DNA of 64,000 bases from Luteolibacter sp. (GCA_041549835.1 JBFEQB010000004.1:14486-78485), one strand, 5' to 3'. Shown: positions 47,363-57,260, counted from the first letter of the stretch. The notes: generated by a model not told the origin, from the letters alone. Program-made: numbers and translations.

Positions 47363-48372
47363 TGGAACTCATCTGCCTCGGCCTCAATCACAAGACGGCG
47401 CCCGTGGAAGTGCGCGAGCGGTTCGCCGTGGGCACGGCGAAACTCGGTTCCTCGGCCACCGAACTCGTCGCCACCACCGGGGTGGTTGAAGGGGTCGTCA
47501 TTTCCACCTGCAACCGCACCGAGTTTTATCTCGTGGCACCGGTGGCCCGCGACGCGTTTAATCGCCTGGAGGCTCATCTCGCTGAGAAAACCATGGCACA
47601 CAGCGAGGCCGAGCCGCATTTCTATCGGATGGAGAAATCCGAGGCCGCCCGCCACCTCTGCCGAGTCGTCAGCGGACTGGACTCGATGATGCTCGGAGAA
47701 ACCGAGATTTTCGGCCAAGTAAAGCAGGCTTACAAAGCGGCGCTCGAAGCCGGTGCCACCGCCGGAGTGCTCAACAAGCTCTTCCAGCGCGCCTTCGGTG
47801 TCGGCAAGAAAGTCCGTACGGAAACTACCATCCAGACCGGGGCCACCTCCGTCGGCAACGTCGCCGTCGATCTCGCGGAGAAGATCTTCGGCCACCTCAA
47901 GGACAGCCAGGTCATGATCCTCGGCGCCGGGGAAATGAGCCGCATCACCGCCCAAAGCCTCGTCTCCCGCGGTGCCCGCTCGATCTTCGTCAGCAACCGC
48001 TCGTTCGACCGCGCCGTCGACCTCGCCAACGAGATGAACGGCCAGGCCGTCCGCTTCGACGAATGGCAAAGCGTGCTCGAAAAGGTGGATATCGTCATTT
48101 CCTCGACCGGCGCGCCGCACGCCATCGTCCAGCGCGCCGATGTCGAGAAAGTCCGCCGCAAGCGGAAATTCCGGCCGCTGTTTTTCATCGACATCGCCGT
48201 CCCGCGCGACATCGACCCCGCCGTCGGTGAGATCGAGGAGGTTTATCTCTACGACATCGACACCCTCGAACAACTGGCGCAGGAAGCCCGCCTCCTCCGC
48301 CAGAAGCAAATCGAAGATTGCGAAGCCATCATTGACGCCGAGCTGAGCAAACTGAACCTTCCCGGAACCTGA
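47362..48372 (+). CDS. hemA: glutamyl-tRNA reductase (short form)
   Basis: MELICLGLNHKTAPVEVRE.., catalytic ISTCNRTEFY and NADPH site ILGAGEMS. 336 aa from ATG 47362. Confidence 0.9.
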   Translation: MELICLGLNHKTAPVEVRERFAVGTAKLGSSATELVATTGVVEGVVISTCNRTEFYLVAPVARDAFNRLEAHLAEKTMAHSEAEPHFYRMEKSEAARHLCRVVSGLDSMMLGETEIFGQVKQAYKAALEAGATAGVLNKLFQRAFGVGKKVRTETTIQTGATSVGNVAVDLAEKIFGHLKDSQVMILGAGEMSRITAQSLVSRGARSIFVSNRSFDRAVDLANEMNGQAVRFDEWQSVLEKVDIVISSTGAPHAIVQRADVEKVRRKRKFRPLFFIDIAVPRDIDPAVGEIEEVYLYDIDTLEQLAQEARLLRQKQIEDCEAIIDAELSKLNLPGT

Positions 48373-48373
48373 T

Positions 48374-49333
48374 ATGACCGACGAATCACCCACCCTCTTC
48401 AACATTGGCACGCGCGGCAGCGAACTGGCCTTGTTTCAGGCGAACGCCACGGAAACCGCTCTCGCCGCCGCCTTCCCGGACTTCCAGATCGAACGCCGCA
48501 TCATCAAGACCACCGGCGACCGCCGCACCGATGTCGCACTCGCTGATGTCGCCAAGGCCGAGGGCATCTTCGACAAGGGCGTCTTCATCAAGGAACTCGA
48601 AATGGCACTCGACGACGGCTCCATCGACATCGCCGTCCACAGCCTCAAGGACCTGCCCACCGTGTTGGACCCACGTTTCGCCCTCGCCACCGTTCTGAAA
48701 CGCGCCGCCGTCCGCGACGTGCTGGTCACCCGCGGCAGCGGCGGCTTCAACGACCTGCCCGCTGGCGCACGCGTCGGCACCAGCAGCGTGCGCCGCGCGA
48801 AACAAGTCGAATTCCTCCGGCCCGATCTCAAAGTGGTGGACCTTCGCGGCAACGTGCCCACCCGTCTTGAAAAACTGGCCTCCGGCGAAAACCACGATGC
48901 CATCCTGCTCGCGGAGGCCGGCCTTGTTAGGCTCGGGTATCTTCCCGAGACTCCGGCCGAGGGAGATTCCGACCCCGTTCTCAACATGCCGGGACTCTTC
49001 GCTCAACGGCTTGAGGAGCACGTCTTCTTCCCCGCCGCCGGACAAGGTGCCATCGGCTTGGAAATCCGCGCGGGGGACGACCGCAGCCGCGTGCTCGCCC
49101 AATCCATCGGCGACGAGGATACGTGGTTGCGCATCACCGCCGAACGCGAGTTCCTCCGCCTGCTGGACGGCGGCTGCCACACCCCGGTCGGCGTGTTCTC
49201 CTCTCTCTCTAACGGCGAGCTCCACCTGCAGGCCCGCGTATTTCCCGAAACCGGCGGCACCCCTCAAACCGGCGAAGCCCGCGGCACCGATCCCATCGCC
49301 GTCGCAAAAAACCTCTTCGAATCCCTCACATGA
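48374..49333 (+). CDS. hemC: hydroxymethylbilane synthase (porphobilinogen deaminase)
   Basis: 319-aa ORF. ..IGTRGSELAL.Q.., ..HSLKDLP.., ..RGNV.TRL.KL.. and the cofactor Cys in ..GGCHTPVG... Confidence 0.93.
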   Translation: MTDESPTLFNIGTRGSELALFQANATETALAAAFPDFQIERRIIKTTGDRRTDVALADVAKAEGIFDKGVFIKELEMALDDGSIDIAVHSLKDLPTVLDPRFALATVLKRAAVRDVLVTRGSGGFNDLPAGARVGTSSVRRAKQVEFLRPDLKVVDLRGNVPTRLEKLASGENHDAILLAEAGLVRLGYLPETPAEGDSDPVLNMPGLFAQRLEEHVFFPAAGQGAIGLEIRAGDDRSRVLAQSIGDEDTWLRITAEREFLRLLDGGCHTPVGVFSSLSNGELHLQARVFPETGGTPQTGEARGTDPIAVAKNLFESLT

Positions 49334-50844
49334 AATCATCCGGAATCTGTTATCTCGTCGGCGCCGGCCCCGGCGACCTCGGCCTTGTCACGCTGCGCGC
49401 CAAGGAACTCATCGAGCGCGCCGACGTGCTCGTTTACGACGCGCTGAGCAGCCCGGAACTCCTGCAATGGACCAAACCCGGTTGCGAGAAAATCAACGCC
49501 GGCAAACGCGCCAAGGACCACGTTCTCACCCAGGAGGAAACCAACGCTCTCATCGTCGAGAAATCCAAGGCCGGAAAATCCGTCGTACGCCTCAAGGGTG
49601 GCGACCCCATGATCTTCGGCCGCGGCGGTGAGGAAGCCGCCGAGCTCGCCGCCGCCGGCGTGCCCTTCGAGATCGTGCCAGGCATCAGCTCGACCATCGG
49701 CGGCCCGGCTTACGCGGGCATCCCGGTCACCCACCGCGATCACAACACGCAGCTCACCATTTTCACCGGCCACGAGGATCCGACCAAAGGCTTCAGCTCG
49801 ATCGATTTCGCTCAACTCGCCAAAGCCCCGGGCACCAAGGTCTTCGTGATGGGCGTCGCACGGCTGCGCGAAATCACCGGAGCCTTCATCGAACACGGTG
49901 CCGCCCCGGAAACCCCGATCGCCCTCACCCGTTGGGCCACCACCGGCGCACAGAAAACCATCGTCGGAACTCTAGCCGACATCGCCGACATCGCGCAGCG
50001 CGAGAACTTCGGCTCCCCCGCGGTAGCCGTCATCGGCACCGTGGTCAACGAACGCGAAAAGATCAACTGGTTCGAAAAACGCCCGCTCTTCGGCAGGCGC
50101 ATCGTCGTCACCCGCACCCGTGAACAGGCCGGCGGACTCAGCAAGGCGCTGCGCGAACTCGGCGCCGACGTCATCGAACTGCCGACCATCCGCATCGAAG
50201 CTCCCGAGGACCGCCAAAGCTTCGCCGAACTCGTCACCCACGCTCACGAATACGACTGGCTCGTCTTCACCAGCCCCAACGGCGTCGAGCGTTTCTTCGA
50301 TGCCTTCTTCGCCACCTATCCGGACGCCCGCAGCCTCGGCAATCCCCGCATCGCCGCCATCGGCAACGGCACCGCCAAGAAGATCAACGAATACCGCTTC
50401 GCCGTGGATCTCATCCCGGAGCGCTTCGTCGCCGAGGGCCTGATCGACGCCTTCAAAAAGGAATCCATCGAAAACCTCACCATGCTCTGGGTGAAAGCCG
50501 CCGAATCGCGTGACGTGATCTACGACGGCCTGACCAAACTCGGCGCGATCGTCGATGAATGCATCGCCTACCGCACCGTGCCGGAAACCGGAGACCCCAC
50601 CGGTGCCAAGGCCCGCCTTGCCGAACAAGGCGCGGATCTGATCACCTTCACCTCCGGATCCACCGTCGAGCATTTCTTCGAACTCGGCCTCGACTGGCCC
50701 GAAGGCTGCGCTGCCGGAAGCATCGGCCCGGTCACCAGCGAGACCCTGCGCGCGCACGACACGCCCCCCGCCTTCGAAGCCAATCCCCACGACATCCCCG
50801 GCCTCACCGCCGCCATCGTTAGATACTTCGCGAAAAAACCATGA
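49330..50844 (+). CDS. cobA: uroporphyrinogen-III C-methyltransferase / uroporphyrinogen-III synthase fusion
   Basis: 504-aa ORF. N-terminal SUMT (YLVGAGPGDLGLVTL.., ..RLKGGDPMIFGRGGEE..) and a C-terminal HemD-like half (..RRIVVTRTREQ..). ATGA overlap with hemC. Confidence 0.88.
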   Translation: MKSSGICYLVGAGPGDLGLVTLRAKELIERADVLVYDALSSPELLQWTKPGCEKINAGKRAKDHVLTQEETNALIVEKSKAGKSVVRLKGGDPMIFGRGGEEAAELAAAGVPFEIVPGISSTIGGPAYAGIPVTHRDHNTQLTIFTGHEDPTKGFSSIDFAQLAKAPGTKVFVMGVARLREITGAFIEHGAAPETPIALTRWATTGAQKTIVGTLADIADIAQRENFGSPAVAVIGTVVNEREKINWFEKRPLFGRRIVVTRTREQAGGLSKALRELGADVIELPTIRIEAPEDRQSFAELVTHAHEYDWLVFTSPNGVERFFDAFFATYPDARSLGNPRIAAIGNGTAKKINEYRFAVDLIPERFVAEGLIDAFKKESIENLTMLWVKAAESRDVIYDGLTKLGAIVDECIAYRTVPETGDPTGAKARLAEQGADLITFTSGSTVEHFFELGLDWPEGCAAGSIGPVTSETLRAHDTPPAFEANPHDIPGLTAAIVRYFAKKP

Positions 50845-50916
50845 TCTTCCCATCCCGGAGTTGACCGCAGGAAAATCGTCGCGACTTTCAAACCAAACCA
50901 ACACCCAACCAAACAC

Positions 50917-51318
50917 ATGAACTCACGCCGCACCTTCCTCCGCAATGTAGCCCTCTCCGCCGGGGCCCCCGCCCTGCTCTGCACCCGCCTCTTCGCCCAA
51001 GACACACCGCCGCCAGTCAAACTCGAAGAGTCCGATCCCGTCGCCACCGCGCTTGGCTACAAGGAGGACACCACCAAGGTGGACGCCCAGAAATACCCGC
51101 AGCACAAGCCCGAACAGATCTGCGCCGATTGCGCCCTCTACACCGGCAAGCCCGGTGAACCCAGCGGACCCTGCTCGGTTTTCGCCGGTAAGATCGTGCT
51201 CGCCGGCGGCTGGTGCGTCACCTTCGCGAAAAAACCCGCTGCTCCTGCCGAGCCCGCTGCTCCTGCCGAGCCCGCTGCTCCTGCCGAGCCCGCTGCTCCC
51301 GCCGAACCGGCGAACTGA
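50917..51318 (+). CDS. high-potential iron-sulfur protein (HiPIP) with Tat signal and C-terminal PAAPAE repeat tail
   Basis: SRRTFLR twin-arginine signal. Cys pattern C..C ..(13 aa).. C ..(13 aa).. GWC is typical of HiPIP. The tail is (AAPAEP)x4. Confidence 0.75.
   Translation: MNSRRTFLRNVALSAGAPALLCTRLFAQDTPPPVKLEESDPVATALGYKEDTTKVDAQKYPQHKPEQICADCALYTGKPGEPSGPCSVFAGKIVLAGGWCVTFAKKPAAPAEPAAPAEPAAPAEPAAPAEPAN
51235..51306 (+). repeat. 18-bp tandem repeat x4 (CCCGCTGCTCCTGCCGAG), coding
   Basis: Three perfect copies (51235-51288) and a fourth with 2 mismatches. In frame within the HiPIP 3' end. Confidence 0.9.
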
Positions 51319-51555
51319 CCTTTCCCGGAAAAACCCATCGCAGCCTCCGTCCGCACCGTGCGCACGTGTCGGCTTCCCCTAAAACGGGACAGTTCTAAAG
51401 TAGAGTTTCGAGGGCCCTCGTCGATTTGCCCGGCCTTCCGGCTGTAACCATCCTGCTCACTGGCCCGCCCCGCGATCCGGTCTGGCAGCGAACCCCCATC
51501 GGCCAGACTCCGCAAATCCTCTTGAAACTTTCGCATTCCTAACCTTCTGTATTTT

Positions 51556-51585
51556 TTGACTTCTCTTATTTCGAAACAATAGGCT
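51556..51585 (+). promoter_or_regulatory. candidate sigma-70-type promoter (TTGACT-N18-TAGGCT) in an AT-rich island
   Basis: TTGACT at 51556-51561 and TAGGCT at 51580-51585. This is the only strongly AT-rich stretch in the 726-bp gap and lies about 30 nt upstream of the structured element. Confidence 0.25.
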
Positions 51586-51615
51586 AATTGCGATCCGTTT
51601 TCCGAGGCTGGGACT

Positions 51616-51747
51616 GCATCGGTTCCGTTCGACCTCCGGGGGGAAGTCAGCGGAATCAAACCTGCGAGGAAAACGCTAAGTTAAAGCGCGCATTGAGAAA
51701 TCCGGGGGGACTTCCAATGCGCGCTTTACCCGTTCTGGAACCGATGC
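51616..51747 (+). ncRNA. candidate structured RNA / cis-regulatory leader (nested helices plus pseudoknot), class unknown
   Basis: Perfect 11-bp outer helix (51616-26 / 51737-47), perfect 12-bp inner helix (51683-94 / 51716-27), and 7-nt loop-to-upstream complementarity (51642-48 / 51709-15). The strand is not established. Confidence 0.3.
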
Positions 51748-52044
51748 CTTTGCGCGTGAACGGAAAAAGAACGATTCGATGGAGCCAGACAGGTGTGATG
51801 GGCATCTTCCTACCCCACCCCCACCATCCTCTCCTTCTCAAGAGCCGCTTGGATAGGGGCTATCCCGGCTAACAGGCAAACAACCGTTTCATTATGAGGG
51901 AATGGAGCCGGGAAAGTTACGGCAGTGGTGTGAACCTAAATGGAGGAGGCCGGAGACGGAGGAGCGAAGCCACGCCCCCGGAAAGCGGCGCCCCGCCACT
52001 TTGCTCTTTCCCGTGCCGCGTCACACGCATAGTTTCCCGCCGAC

Positions 52045-53055
52045 ATGAGTTGCTGCGGCCCCAAAACAAAAATGGATCCGGCATTGCACCGGACCCAGAA
52101 GCCTTCCTGGATCAAAGTCCGCCTGCCCAATAATCCGGAATTCTGGTCCACCAAATCGCTGATCACCGATCTCAAACTGGTGACCGTCTGCGAGGAAGCC
52201 CAATGCCCGAACCGTTGGGAATGCTGGAGCCAGAAGACCGCCACCTTCATGATTGCCGGGGAAAAGTGCACCCGCGCCTGCGGCTTCTGCGCCGTCAAGA
52301 CCGCCAAACCCGACGCCCTCGAAGCAGACGAACCGCAGCGCGTCGCCGAGGCCACGCGCCGCATGGGCCTGCGCCACGTCGTGATCACCGCCGTCGCCCG
52401 CGATGACCTGCGCGATGGTGGAGCCGAGCATTTCAAGCAAACCATCCATGCCGTCCGCAAAGCCAATCCGGAGACCATCATCGAGGTCCTGGTCCCCGAT
52501 TTCAACGACCGCGACTGGGCGCTCGAACTCGTGATGGACGCCCGGCCGCACATCTTCAACCACAACATCGAGACCGTCGAACGGCTCACCCCGCTCGTCC
52601 GCTCCCGCGCCCAATACCAGCGCAGCCTCACCGTCCTCAAAAAAGCCAAACAGATCGTGGCCGGCAAAGTCGCCACCAAGAGCGGCATCATGCTCGGCCT
52701 CGGCGAACGCCGTGAGGAGGTGCTCCGCGCCTTCGACGACCTGCGCGCCCACGACGTCACGGTTCTCACCCTCGGCCAATACCTGCGCCCGACACCCAAA
52801 CACCTGCCGGTCGTCGAGTTCATCCACCCGGACGCCTTCGCCGAATACAAGGAGATCGCCTTGGAAAAAGGCTTCCGCCACGTCGCCAGCGGGCCGCTGG
52901 TCCGGAGCTCCTACCACGCCGCGGAATTCCGGCCGGAGCTCGACGTACTGGAGGCCATCGAAGCCGACCTCCGGGCCGCCAAGGGCGTGGAACTCGGCCC
53001 GGAACACGTGCAGCTGCCTGATCTCAAGCCGGATCTCGCCAAAGCCATCGCGTGA
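52045..53055 (+). CDS. lipA: lipoyl synthase
   Basis: 336-aa ORF. ..VCEEAQCPNRWEC.. auxiliary cluster, radical-SAM CTRACGFCAV and ..RSSYHA... ATG 52072 is an alternative start. Confidence 0.93.
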   Translation: MSCCGPKTKMDPALHRTQKPSWIKVRLPNNPEFWSTKSLITDLKLVTVCEEAQCPNRWECWSQKTATFMIAGEKCTRACGFCAVKTAKPDALEADEPQRVAEATRRMGLRHVVITAVARDDLRDGGAEHFKQTIHAVRKANPETIIEVLVPDFNDRDWALELVMDARPHIFNHNIETVERLTPLVRSRAQYQRSLTVLKKAKQIVAGKVATKSGIMLGLGERREEVLRAFDDLRAHDVTVLTLGQYLRPTPKHLPVVEFIHPDAFAEYKEIALEKGFRHVASGPLVRSSYHAAEFRPELDVLEAIEADLRAAKGVELGPEHVQLPDLKPDLAKAIA

Positions 53056-53522
53056 TGAGACACTGGCTGATCAAGTCCGAGCCGGACGTCTTCTCCATCG
53101 ACGACCTCGCGAAGGTCGACCGCGAGCCGTGGACGGGCGTCAGGAACTATCAGGCGCGCAATTTCATGTGGAGGGACATGAAGCCCGGCGATCTTGCGTT
53201 GTTTTATCACTCGAACGCCAAACCGCCCGGCATCGCCGGCATCGCCAGGGTGACCGGAACCCCCTACCCCGATCCCACCCAGTTTGAGGAAAACGGCGAA
53301 TACTTCGATCCCAAGGCCACTCCCGAAAAACCCCGCTGGTGGCTGGTCGATTTTGAATTCGTCGGGAAGTTCGAAGAGCTCCTGCCCCTCGAAACCATCA
53401 AGGCGGATCCTGTTCTATCAGAAATGATGGTCTGCCAGCGCGGCACCCGGCTTTCCATCACCCCGGTGGAGGCATTGCACTACAAGCGTGCCTGCAAGCT
53501 CGCGAAATGGAAAGCCCTGTAG
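53055..53522 (+). CDS. EVE (PUA-like, DUF55) domain protein
   Basis: MRHWLIKSEPDVFSIDDL..WTGVRNYQARNFMR-like..GDLALFYHSN. The start overlaps the lipA stop (TGATG). Confidence 0.8.
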   Translation: MRHWLIKSEPDVFSIDDLAKVDREPWTGVRNYQARNFMWRDMKPGDLALFYHSNAKPPGIAGIARVTGTPYPDPTQFEENGEYFDPKATPEKPRWWLVDFEFVGKFEELLPLETIKADPVLSEMMVCQRGTRLSITPVEALHYKRACKLAKWKAL

Positions 53523-53611
53523 CGGCGTCTCTATGAGCGTCGGTGCCTGTGGAACGTAAGGATCTTCCGCTCTTCATCGGCCACGACGGTCGCAGACCGC
53601 CGCTACAATGC
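53519..53611. repeat. palindromic intergenic repeat element, copy B
   Basis: Shares both modules with 29362-29434 (3' module 25/28 identical). Terminal inverted 9-mers: GTAGCGGCG (53519-27) and CGCCGCTAC (53598-606). Confidence 0.7.
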
Positions 53612-53614
53612 ACC

Positions 53615-54067
53615 TCAGAAGCGCGGGTCGAACCGGAACTCCGTCGGTCCCGAAATCCGCAACTTGGCGGCGTCCGGATGCTGCGGATTCAACAGCAACG
53701 TGGATTCCTCGGGAATCACCGCGCTTGGAAGCCTGAGACCGAGAGCCCCGGTTTGCAACCAGCGCCCGCCGTGAAGCCGGGCTCCGGGCGAAGATGGAAG
53801 CGCCCGCCAGTCAGTCGGCAAGGATGCGGGCTTCACGGTTTCAATCGAACCGTCCGGCACTTCGACCTCGAAGATCCGCCACGCCAGAGAGGACACTTCA
53901 CACGGAGCGTTGACGATGATTTCCAGTGCCGCCAAGGCCCGTGAATCCGCCAGATAGACCGCCGCAACACCCGGCGGATTCCAACGGCCTCCGAACAGGC
54001 GCGCGCCCTCGCCCGTCATGGCGGAGGCGGCCCATTCCGCCTGCACGATCCGGAAAAACGCCGCCAT
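53615..54067 (-). CDS. RES-domain toxin (RES family NAD+ phosphorylase-type)
   Basis: 150-aa ORF. ..GGRWNPPGVAAVYLADSRALAALEIIV.. (R..E) and ..LRLPSAVIPEE.. (S). Follows a DUF2384 antitoxin by 2 nt. Confidence 0.85.
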   Translation of the reverse strand: MAAFFRIVQAEWAASAMTGEGARLFGGRWNPPGVAAVYLADSRALAALEIIVNAPCEVSSLAWRIFEVEVPDGSIETVKPASLPTDWRALPSSPGARLHGGRWLQTGALGLRLPSAVIPEESTLLLNPQHPDAAKLRISGPTEFRFDPRF

Positions 54068-54069
54068 GA

Positions 54070-54522
54070 TCAGGAAAAAACGCCGTGTTTCAAACGGCCG
54101 AGCAACGCCTCCACTTCACGGGCACCGATCTCGGTATCCGCAAAATCCAACGGACACTCGCCGTGAAAGGCCCTGGCCGGTGCGGCCAGCCACGAGCGGG
54201 CGCCGTCCACCCCGCCAAGCGCCTCGGTGGCCCGCGAAAACAACCGGGCGAAACGCACCAGACGATCGGACTCCGCGCGGTCCAGATGGCCGGCTTTCTT
54301 CCGGCGGTGCAAGGTGGCGCGCGACATTCCAAGCAAGCCCCCAAGGCGCTCCTCCGTCAGTCCGAGAAGCTCCCGAGCGGCATGAAACTCCGCCATCGGC
54401 AGGCCGTCACGCACGCGATCAATCAGATACGCCGCTTCCGGTTCCCTCAAAACCGAGCTGAACCCCTCTTCGGGAACCGTATATTTGGTGATCTTTTTGG
54501 CGCTCACAAGAAACAAATACAC
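54070..54522 (-). CDS. Xre/ParS/MbcA-type antitoxin (DUF2384 toxin-binding domain)
   Basis: ..LGLTEERLGGLLGMSRATLHRRKKAGHLDRAESDRLVRFARLF..ARSWL..PLDFADTEIGAREVEALLGRLKHGVFS. GTG start at 54522 is uncertain. Confidence 0.8.
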   Translation of the reverse strand: MYLFLVSAKKITKYTVPEEGFSSVLREPEAAYLIDRVRDGLPMAEFHAARELLGLTEERLGGLLGMSRATLHRRKKAGHLDRAESDRLVRFARLFSRATEALGGVDGARSWLAAPARAFHGECPLDFADTEIGAREVEALLGRLKHGVFS

Positions 54523-54610
54523 GTTTCACTTGAAACACGCAAGAGCTTTCAAAAAAAACACCCGGACAGCGAACCATCCGGGCGTTTACGTGATTCAATG
54601 GAGTCGGACC

Positions 54611-56023
54611 TCAATAGCGATAGTGGTCCGCCTTGTAGGGTCCTTCGACCGGCACACTGATGTAGTCAGCTTGTTCCTTGGTGAGCTTGGTGAGTTTCGC
54701 GCCGACCTTGGCGAGGTGAAGTCGGGCGACTTCCTCGTCGAGGTGCTTCGGCAGCACCGTGACCTGACCCGCTTTGTAACTGTCCTTGTTCTTCCAGAGA
54801 TCGATTTGCGCGAGCGTCTGGTTGGTGAAGCTGTTGGACATCACGAAACTCGGGTGGCCGGTGGCGCAGCCAAGGTTCACAAGCCGGCCTTCCGCCAGCA
54901 TGTAGAGGCTGTTGCCGGTCGGGAACGTGTATTTGTCCACCTGCGGCTTGATGTTGGTTTTCACCACGCCGGGAGCCTTGTCGAGTTTGTCGATCTGGAT
55001 CTCGTTGTCGAAGTGGCCGATGTTACACACGATCGCCTGATCCTTCATCTTCTCCATGTGTTCGAGGCGGATGATGTCGAAGTTACCGGTCGTGGTGACG
55101 TAGATGTCGCCCCAGCCGAGGGTGTCCTCGATGGTAAGCACGCGGAAACCCTCCATCGCCGCCTGCAGCGCGCAGATCGGATCGACTTCGGTCACGACGA
55201 CTTGCGCTCCCTGGCCACGAAGAGCCTGGGCGCAGCCCTTGCCGACATCGCCGTAGCCGCAGACCACGCCGACCTTGCCGGAGATCATCACGTCGGTGGC
55301 GCGCTTGATGCCGTCCACGAGCGACTCGCGGCAGCCGTAGAGGTTGTCGAACTTCGACTTGGTGACCGAGTCGTTCACGTTGATCGCGGGCACGAGCAGC
55401 GTGCCGGCCTTGGCCATCTGATAGAGACGGTGAACACCGGTGGTGGTCTCCTCGGAAACACCCTTCCAGTCTTTCACGATCGTGTGGAAGATACCGGGCT
55501 GTTTGACCTTGATGTCCTTGAGAAGGTCCTTGATGACCTGCTCCTCGTGGCTGCCGGAAGGAGTGTTGATCCAGTCCGAGCCGTTTTCCATCTCGTATCC
55601 CTTGTGGATGAGGAGCGTGGCGTCGCCACCGTCATCGACGATGAGCTCGGGCCCGAGGCCGGCCGGATTCACCAGCGCCTGCCAGGTGCACCACCAGTAT
55701 TCCTCGAGTGTCTCGCCCTTCCAGGCGAAGACCGGCACCCCGGAAGCGGCGATGGCCGCGGCGGCGTGGTCCTGGGTGGAGAAGATGTTGCAGGAAACCC
55801 AGCGCACTTCGGCTCCCAGCTCGACGAGCGTTTCGATGAGCACCGCGGTCTGGATCGTCATGTGCAGCGAGCCCATGATCCGCACGCCTTGCAGCGGCTT
55901 CTCGGGGCCATACTTGGCGCGGGTCGCCATCAAGCCGGGCATTTCATGCTCGGCGATTTCAATTTCCTTGCGGCCGAAATCGGCCAGGCCGATGTCGCGA
56001 ACTTTGTAGTCGGTGGAACTCAT
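54611..56023 (-). CDS. ahcY: adenosylhomocysteinase
   Basis: 470-aa [35 protein letters not shown].., ..DDGGD.. and ..GYGDVGKG... Confidence 0.95.
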   Translation of the reverse strand: MSSTDYKVRDIGLADFGRKEIEIAEHEMPGLMATRAKYGPEKPLQGVRIMGSLHMTIQTAVLIETLVELGAEVRWVSCNIFSTQDHAAAAIAASGVPVFAWKGETLEEYWWCTWQALVNPAGLGPELIVDDGGDATLLIHKGYEMENGSDWINTPSGSHEEQVIKDLLKDIKVKQPGIFHTIVKDWKGVSEETTTGVHRLYQMAKAGTLLVPAINVNDSVTKSKFDNLYGCRESLVDGIKRATDVMISGKVGVVCGYGDVGKGCAQALRGQGAQVVVTEVDPICALQAAMEGFRVLTIEDTLGWGDIYVTTTGNFDIIRLEHMEKMKDQAIVCNIGHFDNEIQIDKLDKAPGVVKTNIKPQVDKYTFPTGNSLYMLAEGRLVNLGCATGHPSFVMSNSFTNQTLAQIDLWKNKDSYKAGQVTVLPKHLDEEVARLHLAKVGAKLTKLTKEQADYISVPVEGPYKADHYRY

Positions 56024-56063
56024 GATTCTATGTTCTAATAACTGATAATTTTTAACAAATAAC

Positions 56064-57260
<1,197 letters not shown>

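Noticed and set aside
47251-49339. Long minus-strand ORFs (386 aa and 317 aa) antisense to hemA and hemC
   Set aside because: Low-complexity G/A/D/E/V composition, lying exactly opposite strongly recognisable heme-biosynthesis genes.
51235-51306. 18-bp tandem array considered as a CRISPR or non-coding satellite
   Set aside because: There are no spacers. The units are contiguous and in frame within the HiPIP ORF, encoding AAPAEP repeats.
51588-51872. 94-aa ORF in the lipA upstream gap, and the idea that the region encodes tmRNA or a tRNA-like gene (GTTCGA, CCCACCA strings)
   Set aside because: The ORF has no start context or family resemblance. There is no acceptor/T-arm geometry, no tag-peptide reading frame ending in ..ALAA, and no 5' GGGG / 3' CCACCA pairing. 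It is kept only as an unclassified structured-RNA candidate.
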